Source: Longimicrobiales bacterium
Lineage (GTDB): Bacteria; Gemmatimonadota; Gemmatimonadetes; Longimicrobiales; Gaopeijiaceae
DNA length: 64,000 nucleotides
Assembly (NCBI GenBank): GCA_965226375.1
Contig: CBDDCX010000006.1
Location: forward strand, 160,001 to 224,000
Reading direction: 5' to 3'
In this document: piece after piece, positions 31,064 through 40,708 of the stretch
How positions within the stretch are numbered: position 1 is the first letter of the stretch
How the letters are laid out: the number at the start of each line of letters is the position of its first letter
The notes under the pieces: model-generated
Databases searched by the model: none
The model's input: the letters and a program-made list of their open reading frames with translations, nothing else
Told to the model about the DNA's origin: nothing
Translations under genes and position numbers: made by a program

Positions 31064-32151
31064 CCGCGCTCAGCGTAGTAACGAAGCGCTCCGGCGTGCG
31101 GCGGCACTCCCGCATTCTCGACCATGTCCTGAGGCACCCAACTCCGGAATCCAGGGTGCACCGTCTCGAGATAGCTCTTGTTCTCCGCGATGGTCCGAGT
31201 GAACTGGTAGACGATGTCTTCACTGACGTCCGCGGTCGTGAAGATGCCGAAGACGAGCCCCACGGTTTGAACCGCCTCGGTCTGACTCGGATACGTGTTG
31301 GCGGGAATCTCCACTACCCTCACCTGCCACTCGCGCTCGAGCTCTCCACGAACCTCGTCCGAGATCGACAAGAACCGGGTGGGGCGCGTCAGCATCAACT
31401 GGGTGACGATGGCGGCGGGGTCGTTGATGTTGAAGATGATGAGATCCATGTGGTGATCGCGGAATTGATCGGTTCGCTCCACGGAGCCCATCAGGTCCAG
31501 GCGCCCTCCCCAGTCGCGGATGTCGTCGTAGCTCATGCCGTACGCACCAAGGCTCTCTCGAAGTAGAAACTCTTCGCCCGAACCCGGCGGTCCGGTCCCG
31601 ATGCGGACGGCCAGACGGTCCCTGCGAATGTCCTGGAGTCCGGTGATGGGGGAGTCCTGGGCGACGATGACGTGGAACTTGTTCTGCGTGAGGGTGGCGA
31701 CGTGCCGGAGGTCGGGAAACGCCCGCTGGTACGGGCGATCGCCCCTGTGAGCCGCGCGCATGAACGGCAGAAACGCCATGCCGAAGTCACCGGGAACGAG
31801 CCCGACCCTTGCCGGGTTCGAGACCCCTCCAGCTCCGGGGAGGGTCGAAATGGGGTGGCCTTCGAACTGCTGGTTGGTGCGCTCCGCGATGGCTGCCCCG
31901 ATCCGATACCAACTGCTCCCGGTGCTCCCGGTGATGAGGTTCATGCGGGGGGTCCGTGAGGACGGGGCGTCACTACAGCCCGCGCTGGCCAAACCCGCCA
32001 GCAGCACGACGATCACGCATGCAGCCGGGGACCCGGGCGCGGGTCTGGACCGGCGCACCAGGCGTCGAGGTGGAGGGCTGATGATGGAGGTAGAGTCGAT
32101 AGACACGTGGATCTCACCGGGTGGGTCGGCTGGAGCCGACGGTCGAGCCAT
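31051..32151 (-). CDS. TAXI family TRAP solute-binding protein
   Basis: 'TGSTGSSWY', 'GPPGSG', 'IPANTY', 'VPPHAGALRYY.ERGW'. Confidence 0.9.
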   Translation of the reverse strand: MARPSAPADPPGEIHVSIDSTSIISPPPRRLVRRSRPAPGSPAACVIVVLLAGLASAGCSDAPSSRTPRMNLITGSTGSSWYRIGAAIAERTNQQFEGHPISTLPGAGGVSNPARVGLVPGDFGMAFLPFMRAAHRGDRPYQRAFPDLRHVATLTQNKFHVIVAQDSPITGLQDIRRDRLAVRIGTGPPGSGEEFLLRESLGAYGMSYDDIRDWGGRLDLMGSVERTDQFRDHHMDLIIFNINDPAAIVTQLMLTRPTRFLSISDEVRGELEREWQVRVVEIPANTYPSQTEAVQTVGLVFGIFTTADVSEDIVYQFTRTIAENKSYLETVHPGFRSWVPQDMVENAGVPPHAGALRYYAERGWID

Positions 32152-32232
32152 AGTGCACCTCGACCGGTCGGAGAGGCAATCGGCGCTCCCGCACTCTCCT
32201 GACGACCGCTCGGATGGGATCCCAGTGGGTTC

Positions 32233-33603
32233 CTATTGGAAGGCGACGATTCTCACGCCCTCCGGCCCGTTGTCCCAGTCCTGGACGCTGGAGATGTTGG
32301 GCATACCCCAGTCGCTTCCGTTCCAGCCGTTGAAGCCGTCCATTCTGAACGCCCAGAACCCACTGTGCATGTCGCTCACCACGATGAGGCCGTCGGCGTT
32401 CCTCACGTCGACGCCGAAGACCCCGTTCGCAACACCACCCCCCACGTACGGGACCACTTCGTCGTAGGTATCGTAGAAGCCCACCGTACGTGGGTTGGTG
32501 GGGTCCCGCATGTTGATGATCTGGAGGCCATCCTCGTACGCAGAGACGAACACGTATGGCCAGCGGATCTCCATGTTGTGCGAGGACTTCTTCCAGTCGG
32601 CGGTCCACTCGCCGATGGGCTGACGGATGACCGCGACATCACCGTCCAGGGCCGGTTTCAGGTCGTAGAAGCGGAGCGGGGCGTGGGCCAGTGACGTCAT
32701 TTCGCTGATGGCGTAGCGGTGATCGGGCGTGGCCACCCAGGTGTGCCCCCCCGATTGCTGGCCGTGGACGGCAAGCTGTGTGACGAGCAGCTGCGGGTTC
32801 GTGATGTCGGTAACGTCCCACACGTAGTTGCCGCCCAGGTACGTGGTCTCCGGCCCACCGCCGTAGAACTTGTCCTGACCGGTGGCCGGGTCGTACGCCA
32901 CATAAGCGTCGTGGTATCCCCGGGCTGCTCCTCTAGGCTCGGGGAGCGGCATCCGCGACACGAGCCCGTAGTCCGGATCACCTTGGAGGAACAGCTCCAT
33001 GTCGTACACGTTGGCTCCATGCGGGACCGACAGAGGCGACTCAGTCGTTGCGAAGAGCAGCACCCTGCCTGTGGAGTGTTTGTACGTAAAGATATTGTGG
33101 AACCCGCCCGGCGTGTCGGGAGCACGGATGCGTCCGACCTCCCGGACGGTCGACGGATCCGGAAGTCCCGTCACGTCGAACACCACCGCTCCCAGGTCGT
33201 TGTCGGGTCCGCCTTGCCGGAAGCTCATTGACTGCACGTAATAGTAGCGCTCGTCCAGCTTGAAGTACTTGCCGTCCAAGGCGTCCCCGCGGTGCAACTC
33301 GGCATTCTCGATAAACCATGAGTAGATGAGCTTCGCGTCTTCGGGCACCGACAGATCGATAACCTGGAACCCGGGTGGGCTGAGTCGGCGCGACACGTAG
33401 GCGTAGGGCCTATCGAGGTCTTGCTCGATCTCGATGTCGGCCACGGCCAGCGCACCAGCCAGTGGAACGTGCGCGACGATCTCCATGTTGGCGCTGCCCT
33501 GCTCGCCGGGGGTGTACTGGCCGGACATCTCGGCCGGTGCAAGGACGAGAAGCGAGAGCACGCTAACGAGTGGCATCATGGCAACTGACAGCCTGGTACG
33601 CAT
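32233..33603 (-). CDS. Secreted LVIVD-repeat-like beta-propeller protein (paralog A)
   Basis: GGAGG RBS, signal peptide, 'FQVIDLS', 'GGFHNIF', 'YHDAY', 'GHT', 'SHN', 'GVDVRNADGLIVVSD'. Confidence 0.75.
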   Translation of the reverse strand: MRTRLSVAMMPLVSVLSLLVLAPAEMSGQYTPGEQGSANMEIVAHVPLAGALAVADIEIEQDLDRPYAYVSRRLSPPGFQVIDLSVPEDAKLIYSWFIENAELHRGDALDGKYFKLDERYYYVQSMSFRQGGPDNDLGAVVFDVTGLPDPSTVREVGRIRAPDTPGGFHNIFTYKHSTGRVLLFATTESPLSVPHGANVYDMELFLQGDPDYGLVSRMPLPEPRGAARGYHDAYVAYDPATGQDKFYGGGPETTYLGGNYVWDVTDITNPQLLVTQLAVHGQQSGGHTWVATPDHRYAISEMTSLAHAPLRFYDLKPALDGDVAVIRQPIGEWTADWKKSSHNMEIRWPYVFVSAYEDGLQIINMRDPTNPRTVGFYDTYDEVVPYVGGGVANGVFGVDVRNADGLIVVSDMHSGFWAFRMDGFNGWNGSDWGMPNISSVQDWDNGPEGVRIVAFQ

Positions 33604-33623
33604 AGCAACCTCCGGACGATTGG

Positions 33624-33876
33624 TAGTTCTTTTGTCGTATGGCGGGCTCCGGCCAAGCCTATGGGGGCCGCAGGCCGGGCGCCAGCGTGCACTGGACCGA
33701 AGAGACGAGACGATCTGTCTCGCGCTCCGTCGAAGAGCTTCCCTGACTTCGCCATGGACTGCTTCATCGACGTCACCGCGCGCGACGTACAACATTGGTC
33801 GTATATGGACCCCTTGACTCGCTTAGCACGCCCTGCTACATAAACGTTGCCGTGGCGATGTACGATCTTTGTCGTA
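33624..33876. promoter_or_regulatory. Three copies of a TACGAC-N4-GTCGTA-like operator in a divergent promoter region
   Basis: 33624 TAGTTCttttGTCGTA; 33788 TACAACattgGTCGTA; 33861 TACGATctttGTCGTA. Confidence 0.5.
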
Positions 33877-34094
33877 TGTTACGTCGTGTTTAATGGTCAG
33901 ACGTGGGTCGTTCTTGTCGGTTTCCCGCCAGGCGCACGTTCGACCTGAGGTTGCTAAGCGAATTTCGTCTATGAGATCCGGCATCCTGAATGCCGGAAGG
34001 GTGATACCCGAGTGAGTTCTGCCTTACCCGGCCCACCGATATAGAAACCTGGCTTGCCATGGAGTCGGTCAAGCAGCCCATAGTGAGGATCACC

Positions 34095-35067
34095 ATGAAG
34101 CTTCGCCAAGACCATCCAGGCTTACGAGTTCCTGCAGGTGGCGGTGACGCGGCGGCGCTTGGGCGCGCTGATCGCCGTCGGTACCGATCCCAATGACGAT
34201 CCGGCTGCCATCGTGTCGGAGTCGGAGTTGTACGCCCACGTTGTGAGTCTTCTGGATGAAGCCGTTTCGGACCTGACGGGCGGCGGGGCTACCTTCCCGT
34301 TCAGCTTGACCAGCGGGCTCAGCAACTTCAACACCCCTTCGACGTTCATCCCACTGAACCGAGCCCTCAAGGCTCGCACCGAGGTGTACCGCGATCAGTG
34401 GGCGTCGGCGCTCCAGGCACTGTCCGAGTCCTTCCTCGACACGGGCATGTCCCTGGACTTCGGGGCGTATCACGACTGGTCGACGAACTCCGGTGACCTG
34501 GTGAACCCGGCCAACCGTCCCGACCTGCTTTGGGCCAACACGCCCTTTCGCACTGAGGCCCAGCTCAGGATGGACGGATCGACGGACCTGAGGTTCCAGA
34601 CCAAGTTCAAGGACGTGCCGCCGTACCAGCTACTCGAGGTACAGTCGGACCTTCAGTACACGTTGTACGAGGATCCCGGTGCCCCCTTCGTGTGGGTGAA
34701 GAACGAGGAGCTGATCCTGCTCCGAGCCGAGGCGAACCTGGCGCTCGGCGATCTGGACCAGGCCCTCGTGGACATCAACTTCATCCGGGAGAATTCGGGA
34801 GGGCTGGAGCCGTTGGCGAGCCCGGGTACGGCTGCGGACCTCCTCGACGAGTTGCTGTACAACAAGCGGTTCTCCCTGGTCTTCGAGTGGGGACACACCT
34901 GGATCGACATGAACCACTACGGCAAGCTTCTGGAGATGCCGGTATTGGGCCTGCCGAGCGCGGATGTGCGTCTGCACGACGCCATGCCGTACCCGCTCAG
35001 CGAGTGCCTGCCACGGGAGCCGGACGTCCCGGCGGGGTGCACCACACAGCAGGGATTCCTGCCGTAG
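34095..35067 (+). pseudogene. RagB/SusD-family lipoprotein lacking its N-terminus, fused out of frame to an orphan start
   Basis: 'FAKTIQAYEFL', 'ELILLRAEA', 'KRFSLVFEWGHTWID..HYG'; no signal peptide or lipobox; RBS-ATG at 34095 is out of frame. Confidence 0.8.
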
Positions 35068-35452
35068 GGGTTGTCGCGTTCCTGAGCCGGCCGCCGGGAC
35101 CGCTCGGTCGCAGCCGGCTCGGGCCGGCTACGCACTGCTCCCTCTGGCTGGAGTCGGTCGGGGGGCGCGGTGCCGATCGCTCCTAGTTACACCCGGTCTC
35201 TGCAATTCTGTCTGGTGGCCCCGAGAGCCGAGCTCCGGAGGGTGTGTCGAGAATCGGCACACGGTCCACGAGAACGCGGGTTCCGCGGGTTCCGCGGGAT
35301 GCCGCGGTGGCTGGGGAACACCCTGGTTGGGGGGGGGCAAGTAAACATATTGACACCGTTCTTCAGGGACCGTTAGCATAAGATGGCTTTTGTCTTCTGC
35401 GGCCTCGTAGTCGGCGAGTTTCCGCCACCCACAGCCGACCCCACGTCGTGCG

Positions 35453-35887
35453 ATGCGATCACCGATGCGGACCCTCCCAGGGACCCGGACTCCCCGAAAC
35501 GCGGCCTTCTTCGTAGCCGTTCTCCTCTTCGCGGTGGCGTTCACAGGATGCGCCTCCTCGGGACAGTCCACGGAGGAAGGGGAGGCGCCGGCCTGGGAAA
35601 CCGTGCAGAAGAGCTCTCTGCACGTCACGAACCGCAACTGGATGAACATGATGATCTACGCGGTTCGTGGCTCGGAGCGCTTCAGGCTCCTGTTCGTGAC
35701 GAGCATGCGGACGGATTCGGTTTCCATTCCCAGAAGCCTGCTCACGGGGGCCGGCTTCCGCCTCATGGCCGATCCCGTGGGCTCGGTCCGTCCCTACAGC
35801 AGCAGCAGGATCTTCCTCCGTCGAGGGCAAACCGTCTGGTGGACATTGGAGAACCAGCTCGTACAGTCCAGCCTTTGGATCTACTGA
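35453..35887 (+). CDS. Hypothetical lipoprotein
   Basis: Hydrophobic signal with 'FTGC' lipobox; small beta-rich domain ('VTNRNWMNMMIYAVRG'). Confidence 0.6.
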   Translation: MRSPMRTLPGTRTPRNAAFFVAVLLFAVAFTGCASSGQSTEEGEAPAWETVQKSSLHVTNRNWMNMMIYAVRGSERFRLLFVTSMRTDSVSIPRSLLTGAGFRLMADPVGSVRPYSSSRIFLRRGQTVWWTLENQLVQSSLWIY

Positions 35888-36005
35888 GCGAGCCCATGCC
35901 GGATGAGATCGGGTTGGACTGGCCCGCTTAGCTGCGACCGCGGAGTATGAGGGTCGCTGCAGTGACCTGCAGGGGCTCTGGCGTTTCTCGTACAGGAGTA
36001 TTCAA

Positions 36006-38018
36006 ATGACGAGGACGGTAGGCGAGGTCCGACCGGGGGCGGCGAGGCGAGGGATGCTGCGGGCTTTCCTGATCACCTTGAAACCAAGCATGTTGGGAGG
36101 GCTCCTCGTCGTCGGGGGCTTGGCCTCGAGCATCACAGCCCCGGCTCATGGGCAGGAGACGCCGGACCTCCTGACCATCGACCAGCTCCTCTCTATCGGC
36201 TCGGTGATCAGTGGCTCTCCGGCGTGGTCCCCCGATGGGGAGCGCATCCTGCTCACCTCGAGCGTTACGGGGGGCCTGGCCACGCTCCCTTCCGAGGGCG
36301 GCTTCCCCACGCTGGTCCCTCTCAATACGGGTGGAGGCGGCCACTTCCTTGCATCGCAGATGCCGGGGTGGTCACCCTCCGGTCGCTGGATCTCTTATGT
36401 GTCCGACAAGAGCGGGGCACCTGAGATATGGCTCTGGTCAACGGAAGACGGGAACGAGGTACAGCTCACCGACCTCGGAGCCCGCATCAATTCCATGAGC
36501 TGGTCGCCCGACGAGCGCTGGGTCGTCTTCGCCGGCGACAGGCACGGCAACTACGACGTCTGGAAGGTGTCCGTACCCGACGGCACGGTGCACCGTCTCA
36601 CCGACGACAAGCGCTACGAGGTCTTCCCCACTTGGACCCCGGACTCCCAACGGATCCTCTATGTCCGCCTCGATGAGACCTGGGCGAACCACGATGTCAT
36701 CGAGATCGACGCCAACGGGAATGACCCCCGGGTTGTGGTCAGCGACCGGGACTTCTTCGACTATGGGGCCGGCACGAAGTTCGGCTATCCCAGTGTCTCA
36801 CCTAGCGGCGAGACCCTGCTGTTCCCGTCGCACCGGAGCGGATGGATCAACTACTGGGCCGTTCCGCGCCAAGGAGGAGCACCCCACCCGGTCGCTCCCG
36901 CGGAGGCGGACCAGAGTGAAGCCCGCTGGTCACCGGATGGCCGCTCGATCCTCTACACAGAGAACCACAACGGGCATCACGACCTGCGCGTCGTGGCTGC
37001 CGATGGAGGCGAGCCTTGGGTCGTGGTGTCGCCCGACCTGGGGCGCGTATCGAATCCGGCCTGGTCGCCGGACGGCCGGGAGATCGCCTTCACCCTGACC
37101 ACGATCACCCGTCCGCCGGACCTCTACGTAGCCCTAGCGGAGACCGGAGAAACCAGGCAGCTGACCAACTCCATGCCTGCGGGCAACTTCGAGGAGCGCC
37201 TCGTCGTTCCCGAAAAGGTCCGCTACGGCAGCACCGACGGATACGACATCTCGGCGTACCTATACGCTCCACCGGGCCTCGAGGCGGGCGAGCGTGTGCC
37301 CGCAATCCTCTGGATTCACGGAGGTCCCACCGGCCAATACCACGACACGTTCCAACAGCACGTTCAGTTCTTCGTACAGCGGGGATATGCGGTCCTTTTG
37401 CCCAACATCCGGGGCAGTGCCGGATACGGAAAGGAATTCGAGAACGGCAACAACGGCTGTTGGGGCCATTGCGACCTGGAGGACGTGGTGGCGGGGGTGG
37501 AGTACCTGAAGGGTCTGAGCTACGTAGATCCGAGCAAGATGGGGATCACCGGGACCAGCTACGGAGGCATCATGAGCATGTACGCCGTGGCGTTCGCCCC
37601 CGATGTCTTCCAGGCGGCGATCCCGGGCTCGGGATACTCGGATTGGGTCCACTTCTATAACGGTGAGAACGAGCTGCGCCACATCAAGCTCCTGGAATAC
37701 GAGCTCGGGCCGTTCGCTACCAGTGAGGACGTTTGGGCGCACAGTTCGGCCATCGACGGCGTGGCGGATGTCTCCACCCCCATCCTTCTGGTGCACGGCG
37801 TGGGGCGCTACCCCGGCTCGGACCAGTCCGAGATCTTTGCCAACGCGCTGGAGAACCACTACAAGCCCTTCCGATACGAGACGTACGAGGGGGAGACCTA
37901 CTACGTCCGAGGCAAGACAAACCGCCGCCAGATGCTGCTGGACATGCTCGACTTCTTCGATCAGTTCTTGAAGGACGGCGTGGTCACGAATGTCCGGCGG
38001 GTCACGAGCAGCAGGTAA
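36006..38018 (+). CDS. S9 (prolyl oligopeptidase/DPP) family protein with a non-canonical triad, paralog 1
   Basis: PD40 propeller, 'IHGGP', 'PNIRGSAGYG', nucleophile 'GTSYGG'; triad Asp and His are absent. Confidence 0.88.
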   Translation: MTRTVGEVRPGAARRGMLRAFLITLKPSMLGGLLVVGGLASSITAPAHGQETPDLLTIDQLLSIGSVISGSPAWSPDGERILLTSSVTGGLATLPSEGGFPTLVPLNTGGGGHFLASQMPGWSPSGRWISYVSDKSGAPEIWLWSTEDGNEVQLTDLGARINSMSWSPDERWVVFAGDRHGNYDVWKVSVPDGTVHRLTDDKRYEVFPTWTPDSQRILYVRLDETWANHDVIEIDANGNDPRVVVSDRDFFDYGAGTKFGYPSVSPSGETLLFPSHRSGWINYWAVPRQGGAPHPVAPAEADQSEARWSPDGRSILYTENHNGHHDLRVVAADGGEPWVVVSPDLGRVSNPAWSPDGREIAFTLTTITRPPDLYVALAETGETRQLTNSMPAGNFEERLVVPEKVRYGSTDGYDISAYLYAPPGLEAGERVPAILWIHGGPTGQYHDTFQQHVQFFVQRGYAVLLPNIRGSAGYGKEFENGNNGCWGHCDLEDVVAGVEYLKGLSYVDPSKMGITGTSYGGIMSMYAVAFAPDVFQAAIPGSGYSDWVHFYNGENELRHIKLLEYELGPFATSEDVWAHSSAIDGVADVSTPILLVHGVGRYPGSDQSEIFANALENHYKPFRYETYEGETYYVRGKTNRRQMLLDMLDFFDQFLKDGVVTNVRRVTSSR

Positions 38019-38047
38019 TCGAAGAGGTAACCGAGGAGAACGGACCC

Positions 38048-40018
38048 ATGTCATCCAACCACAACACACTCCTGGTCTCACTCCTGTTCCTCGCTGTGGG
38101 CGCCGGAGACACATGGGCGCAGGGGCTTGAGCCCATCTCTGCGGAGGACCTCCTGGCCATGCAGTCCGCCGTGGGTGGATCACGCTCGCCCAAGTGGTCC
38201 CCCGACGGCTCCAAGATCAGCTTCATCTCGGGTGGTCGGTTGGTAGCTGTGAGCCCGGCGGGTGGCGCGCCCGTCCTGCTCACTGACAACCTTGGACTGA
38301 GCGGCGTGGGATCGTTGGGGGCCCCGCAACCCACCTGGTCACCGGACGGCAACTGGGTCGCGTACACCTCGGACAAGGGCGGGGCCCCGGACATCTGGCT
38401 CTGGTCTGTCAAGGACGCTCGGGACATCCGCTTGACAAACCTCTCGGCCCGGGCGAATGGCCTTGCGTGGTCGCCGGACGGCCGCTGGATCGCTTTTGCC
38501 GGCGATCGCTTCGGCAACATGGACATCTGGATGGTTTCAGTTCCCGGTGGGGACGTGTACCGGCTCACCCATGACACGCTGTACGAGGGGTACCCCACTT
38601 GGACCCCGGACGGGGACAGGCTCCTCTATGTCCGCATGGACGAGGAGTGGATCGGCCACGACGTCATCGAGGTCGATCCGGACGGTGGAAGGCCCAGGGT
38701 CGTCGTGTCGGATACGAACTTCTTCGACTACCGGGCGGGCCTGGCCTTCGGCGCGGCCCTCGTCTCGCCGGACGGCGACCGGGTGCTCTTCCGCTCGAAG
38801 CGAAGCGGCTGGCTGAACTTCTGGGTGACGCCTCTGAAGGGTGGAGAGCCGCGCCAGATCGCGGCGGCCGACTACGATCAGACGGGCGCCCGCTGGTCTC
38901 CCGACGGTCGCTCAATAGTCTATACCGAGAGCCGGGACGGCACCCACTCGCTCCGCGTCGTCTCGGCTGACGGCGGAGAGCCACGCGTGATCGTCGATCC
39001 CGACGTGGGTGCGGTGGGACGCCCTGAGTGGTCCCCGGACGGGGAATCCATCAGCTATACGTTCGAGACGCCCACGCGCCCGGCCGACCTCTACGTGATG
39101 TCGGTGGCATCGGGCGAGACGCGGCGGCTCACGTCTTCGTTGCCCGTGGGGCTCGAGGATCGACTCTACACTCCGGAGAAGGTGACGTATCCGAGCTCGG
39201 ATGGACTCACCATCCAGGCCTACCTGTACAGGCCTGTCAACGCGGGCCCGGGGGAGCGCGTTCCGGGCGTGATGTGGATCCACGGCGGGCCTACATCCCA
39301 GTTCGACGACCAGTTCCGCCGGCACCAGCAGGTCCACTACTTTGCCCAACGAGGATATGCGGTGCTCCTGCCCAACATCCGAGGGAGCTCAGGATACGGA
39401 CTCGAGTTCGAGGATCTGAACAACGAGTGCTGGGGCCACTGCGACCTGGAGGATGTGGTCGCCGGGGCCGAATACCTGAAGACGCTCCCGTTCGTGGATG
39501 CCGACAAGATCGGTGTGACGGGCACCAGCTACGGTGGCATCATGACCATGTCGGCCGTGGCGTTCGCTCCCGGCGTGTTCCAGGCGGCGATCTCGCTATC
39601 GGGCTACGGGGATATGACGGACTTCCACAAGACAGTTCAAGAGCTCCAGCACATCAAGCTGCTCGAGTACGAGCTGGGTCCCTATCCGGAGAATGAAGCG
39701 GTGTACCTCAAGAGCTCACCGATCTTCAAGGTGCACCAGGTGACCACACCCACCTTCGTGATCCAGGGCGAGGGGGTTGCGGCCGGCTGGCGGCTTCGCG
39801 AAGGAGAGCCACACGCGGCGTTGAACTTCGCCCGTATGCTGGACCAGCAATACAAGATCGTCCGCTACAAGGCGTATGAGGGGGAGGGCTACTACGTGTA
39901 CGGCCGGCAGAACACCATCGACAAGCTGCACGACATGGAGGACTTCTTCGAGGAGTTCCTACGCACGGACATTCGTTACCCAGGAGCGCGGATAACCGAT
40001 GTGAGCATGCGGCGTTGA
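38048..40018 (+). CDS. S9 family protein with a non-canonical triad, paralog 2
   Basis: GAGGAG RBS, signal peptide, same architecture and motifs as the 36006 gene. Confidence 0.88.
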   Translation: MSSNHNTLLVSLLFLAVGAGDTWAQGLEPISAEDLLAMQSAVGGSRSPKWSPDGSKISFISGGRLVAVSPAGGAPVLLTDNLGLSGVGSLGAPQPTWSPDGNWVAYTSDKGGAPDIWLWSVKDARDIRLTNLSARANGLAWSPDGRWIAFAGDRFGNMDIWMVSVPGGDVYRLTHDTLYEGYPTWTPDGDRLLYVRMDEEWIGHDVIEVDPDGGRPRVVVSDTNFFDYRAGLAFGAALVSPDGDRVLFRSKRSGWLNFWVTPLKGGEPRQIAAADYDQTGARWSPDGRSIVYTESRDGTHSLRVVSADGGEPRVIVDPDVGAVGRPEWSPDGESISYTFETPTRPADLYVMSVASGETRRLTSSLPVGLEDRLYTPEKVTYPSSDGLTIQAYLYRPVNAGPGERVPGVMWIHGGPTSQFDDQFRRHQQVHYFAQRGYAVLLPNIRGSSGYGLEFEDLNNECWGHCDLEDVVAGAEYLKTLPFVDADKIGVTGTSYGGIMTMSAVAFAPGVFQAAISLSGYGDMTDFHKTVQELQHIKLLEYELGPYPENEAVYLKSSPIFKVHQVTTPTFVIQGEGVAAGWRLREGEPHAALNFARMLDQQYKIVRYKAYEGEGYYVYGRQNTIDKLHDMEDFFEEFLRTDIRYPGARITDVSMRR

Positions 40019-40083
40019 GCCGTTGCCGACCTCACTTGTCCGCCCCCCAATTCACACCCGCCAATTCAAAAGGAGTGACAGTC

Positions 40084-40572
40084 ATGCGAAAGCTGGGCTT
40101 AGTCTTGAGCGTGTCCGTACTGTTGGCCGGGTGCGCCGGGAGCGGTGATGGGGAGCTGACGGACGCCGAGCGTGCGGCGCTTGCCGACTCCGTACGGCAG
40201 TTCGCCAACGAGATGGTCGAGACCATCGACGGTCACGATGTTGACGGCTGCATTGGGTATCACCTTCGCAGTCCCGACTGCGCCTGGGCGAGCCGCGGGG
40301 AAATCACTCCGCTCGATTCACATGATGCCTCCATGAAAGAGTACTTCCCCGGTGTCGGAAAGAACGTGCACTTCAAGCTGGGAGACAGCCGTGTGCGCGT
40401 GTTGGGCCGGAACGCCGCGGTGGCCACGTCCTTCATTCACTCGACCGATATCGGCGAGGATGGCGAGGCCACCAGTGGTCATGAGGTCTGGAGCATCGTG
40501 GTGCAGCGCATCGACGGCGAGTGGAAGGTGGTGCAGGTGCACGAGTCCTACCCGCCGCCCCCGGCCTCCTAG
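40084..40572 (+). CDS. NTF2/SnoaL-like (DUF4440-type) lipoprotein
   Basis: AGGAG RBS, lipobox 'LAGC', C-terminal 'GEWKVVQVHES'. Confidence 0.8.
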   Translation: MRKLGLVLSVSVLLAGCAGSGDGELTDAERAALADSVRQFANEMVETIDGHDVDGCIGYHLRSPDCAWASRGEITPLDSHDASMKEYFPGVGKNVHFKLGDSRVRVLGRNAAVATSFIHSTDIGEDGEATSGHEVWSIVVQRIDGEWKVVQVHESYPPPPAS

Positions 40573-40708
40573 CCAGCTCGGACCCTCGGAGGAGTTCTGC
40601 CTCAGCGCTTCGAGTCGTGCCCGCGCGGAAGCGCGGTCAGGTCGGCCTTTGTACCCCAATGGGCGGTTGAATATCTGTTCAAGGCTTCACGCATCCCAGG
40701 AGTGATCC

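Noticed and set aside
35274..35307. Short CGCGGGTTC-type tandem repeat, and the nearby hairpin at 35084-35120
   Set aside because: Only 2-3 degenerate units in GC-rich intergenic DNA; no function can be supported.
37733..38047. N-terminal extensions in the ORF track (also at 43537, 48484, 50126, 52329, 9770, 33795 and 46076)
   Set aside because: Most overlap neighbouring genes, and downstream starts fit better on RBS, signal peptide or domain start.
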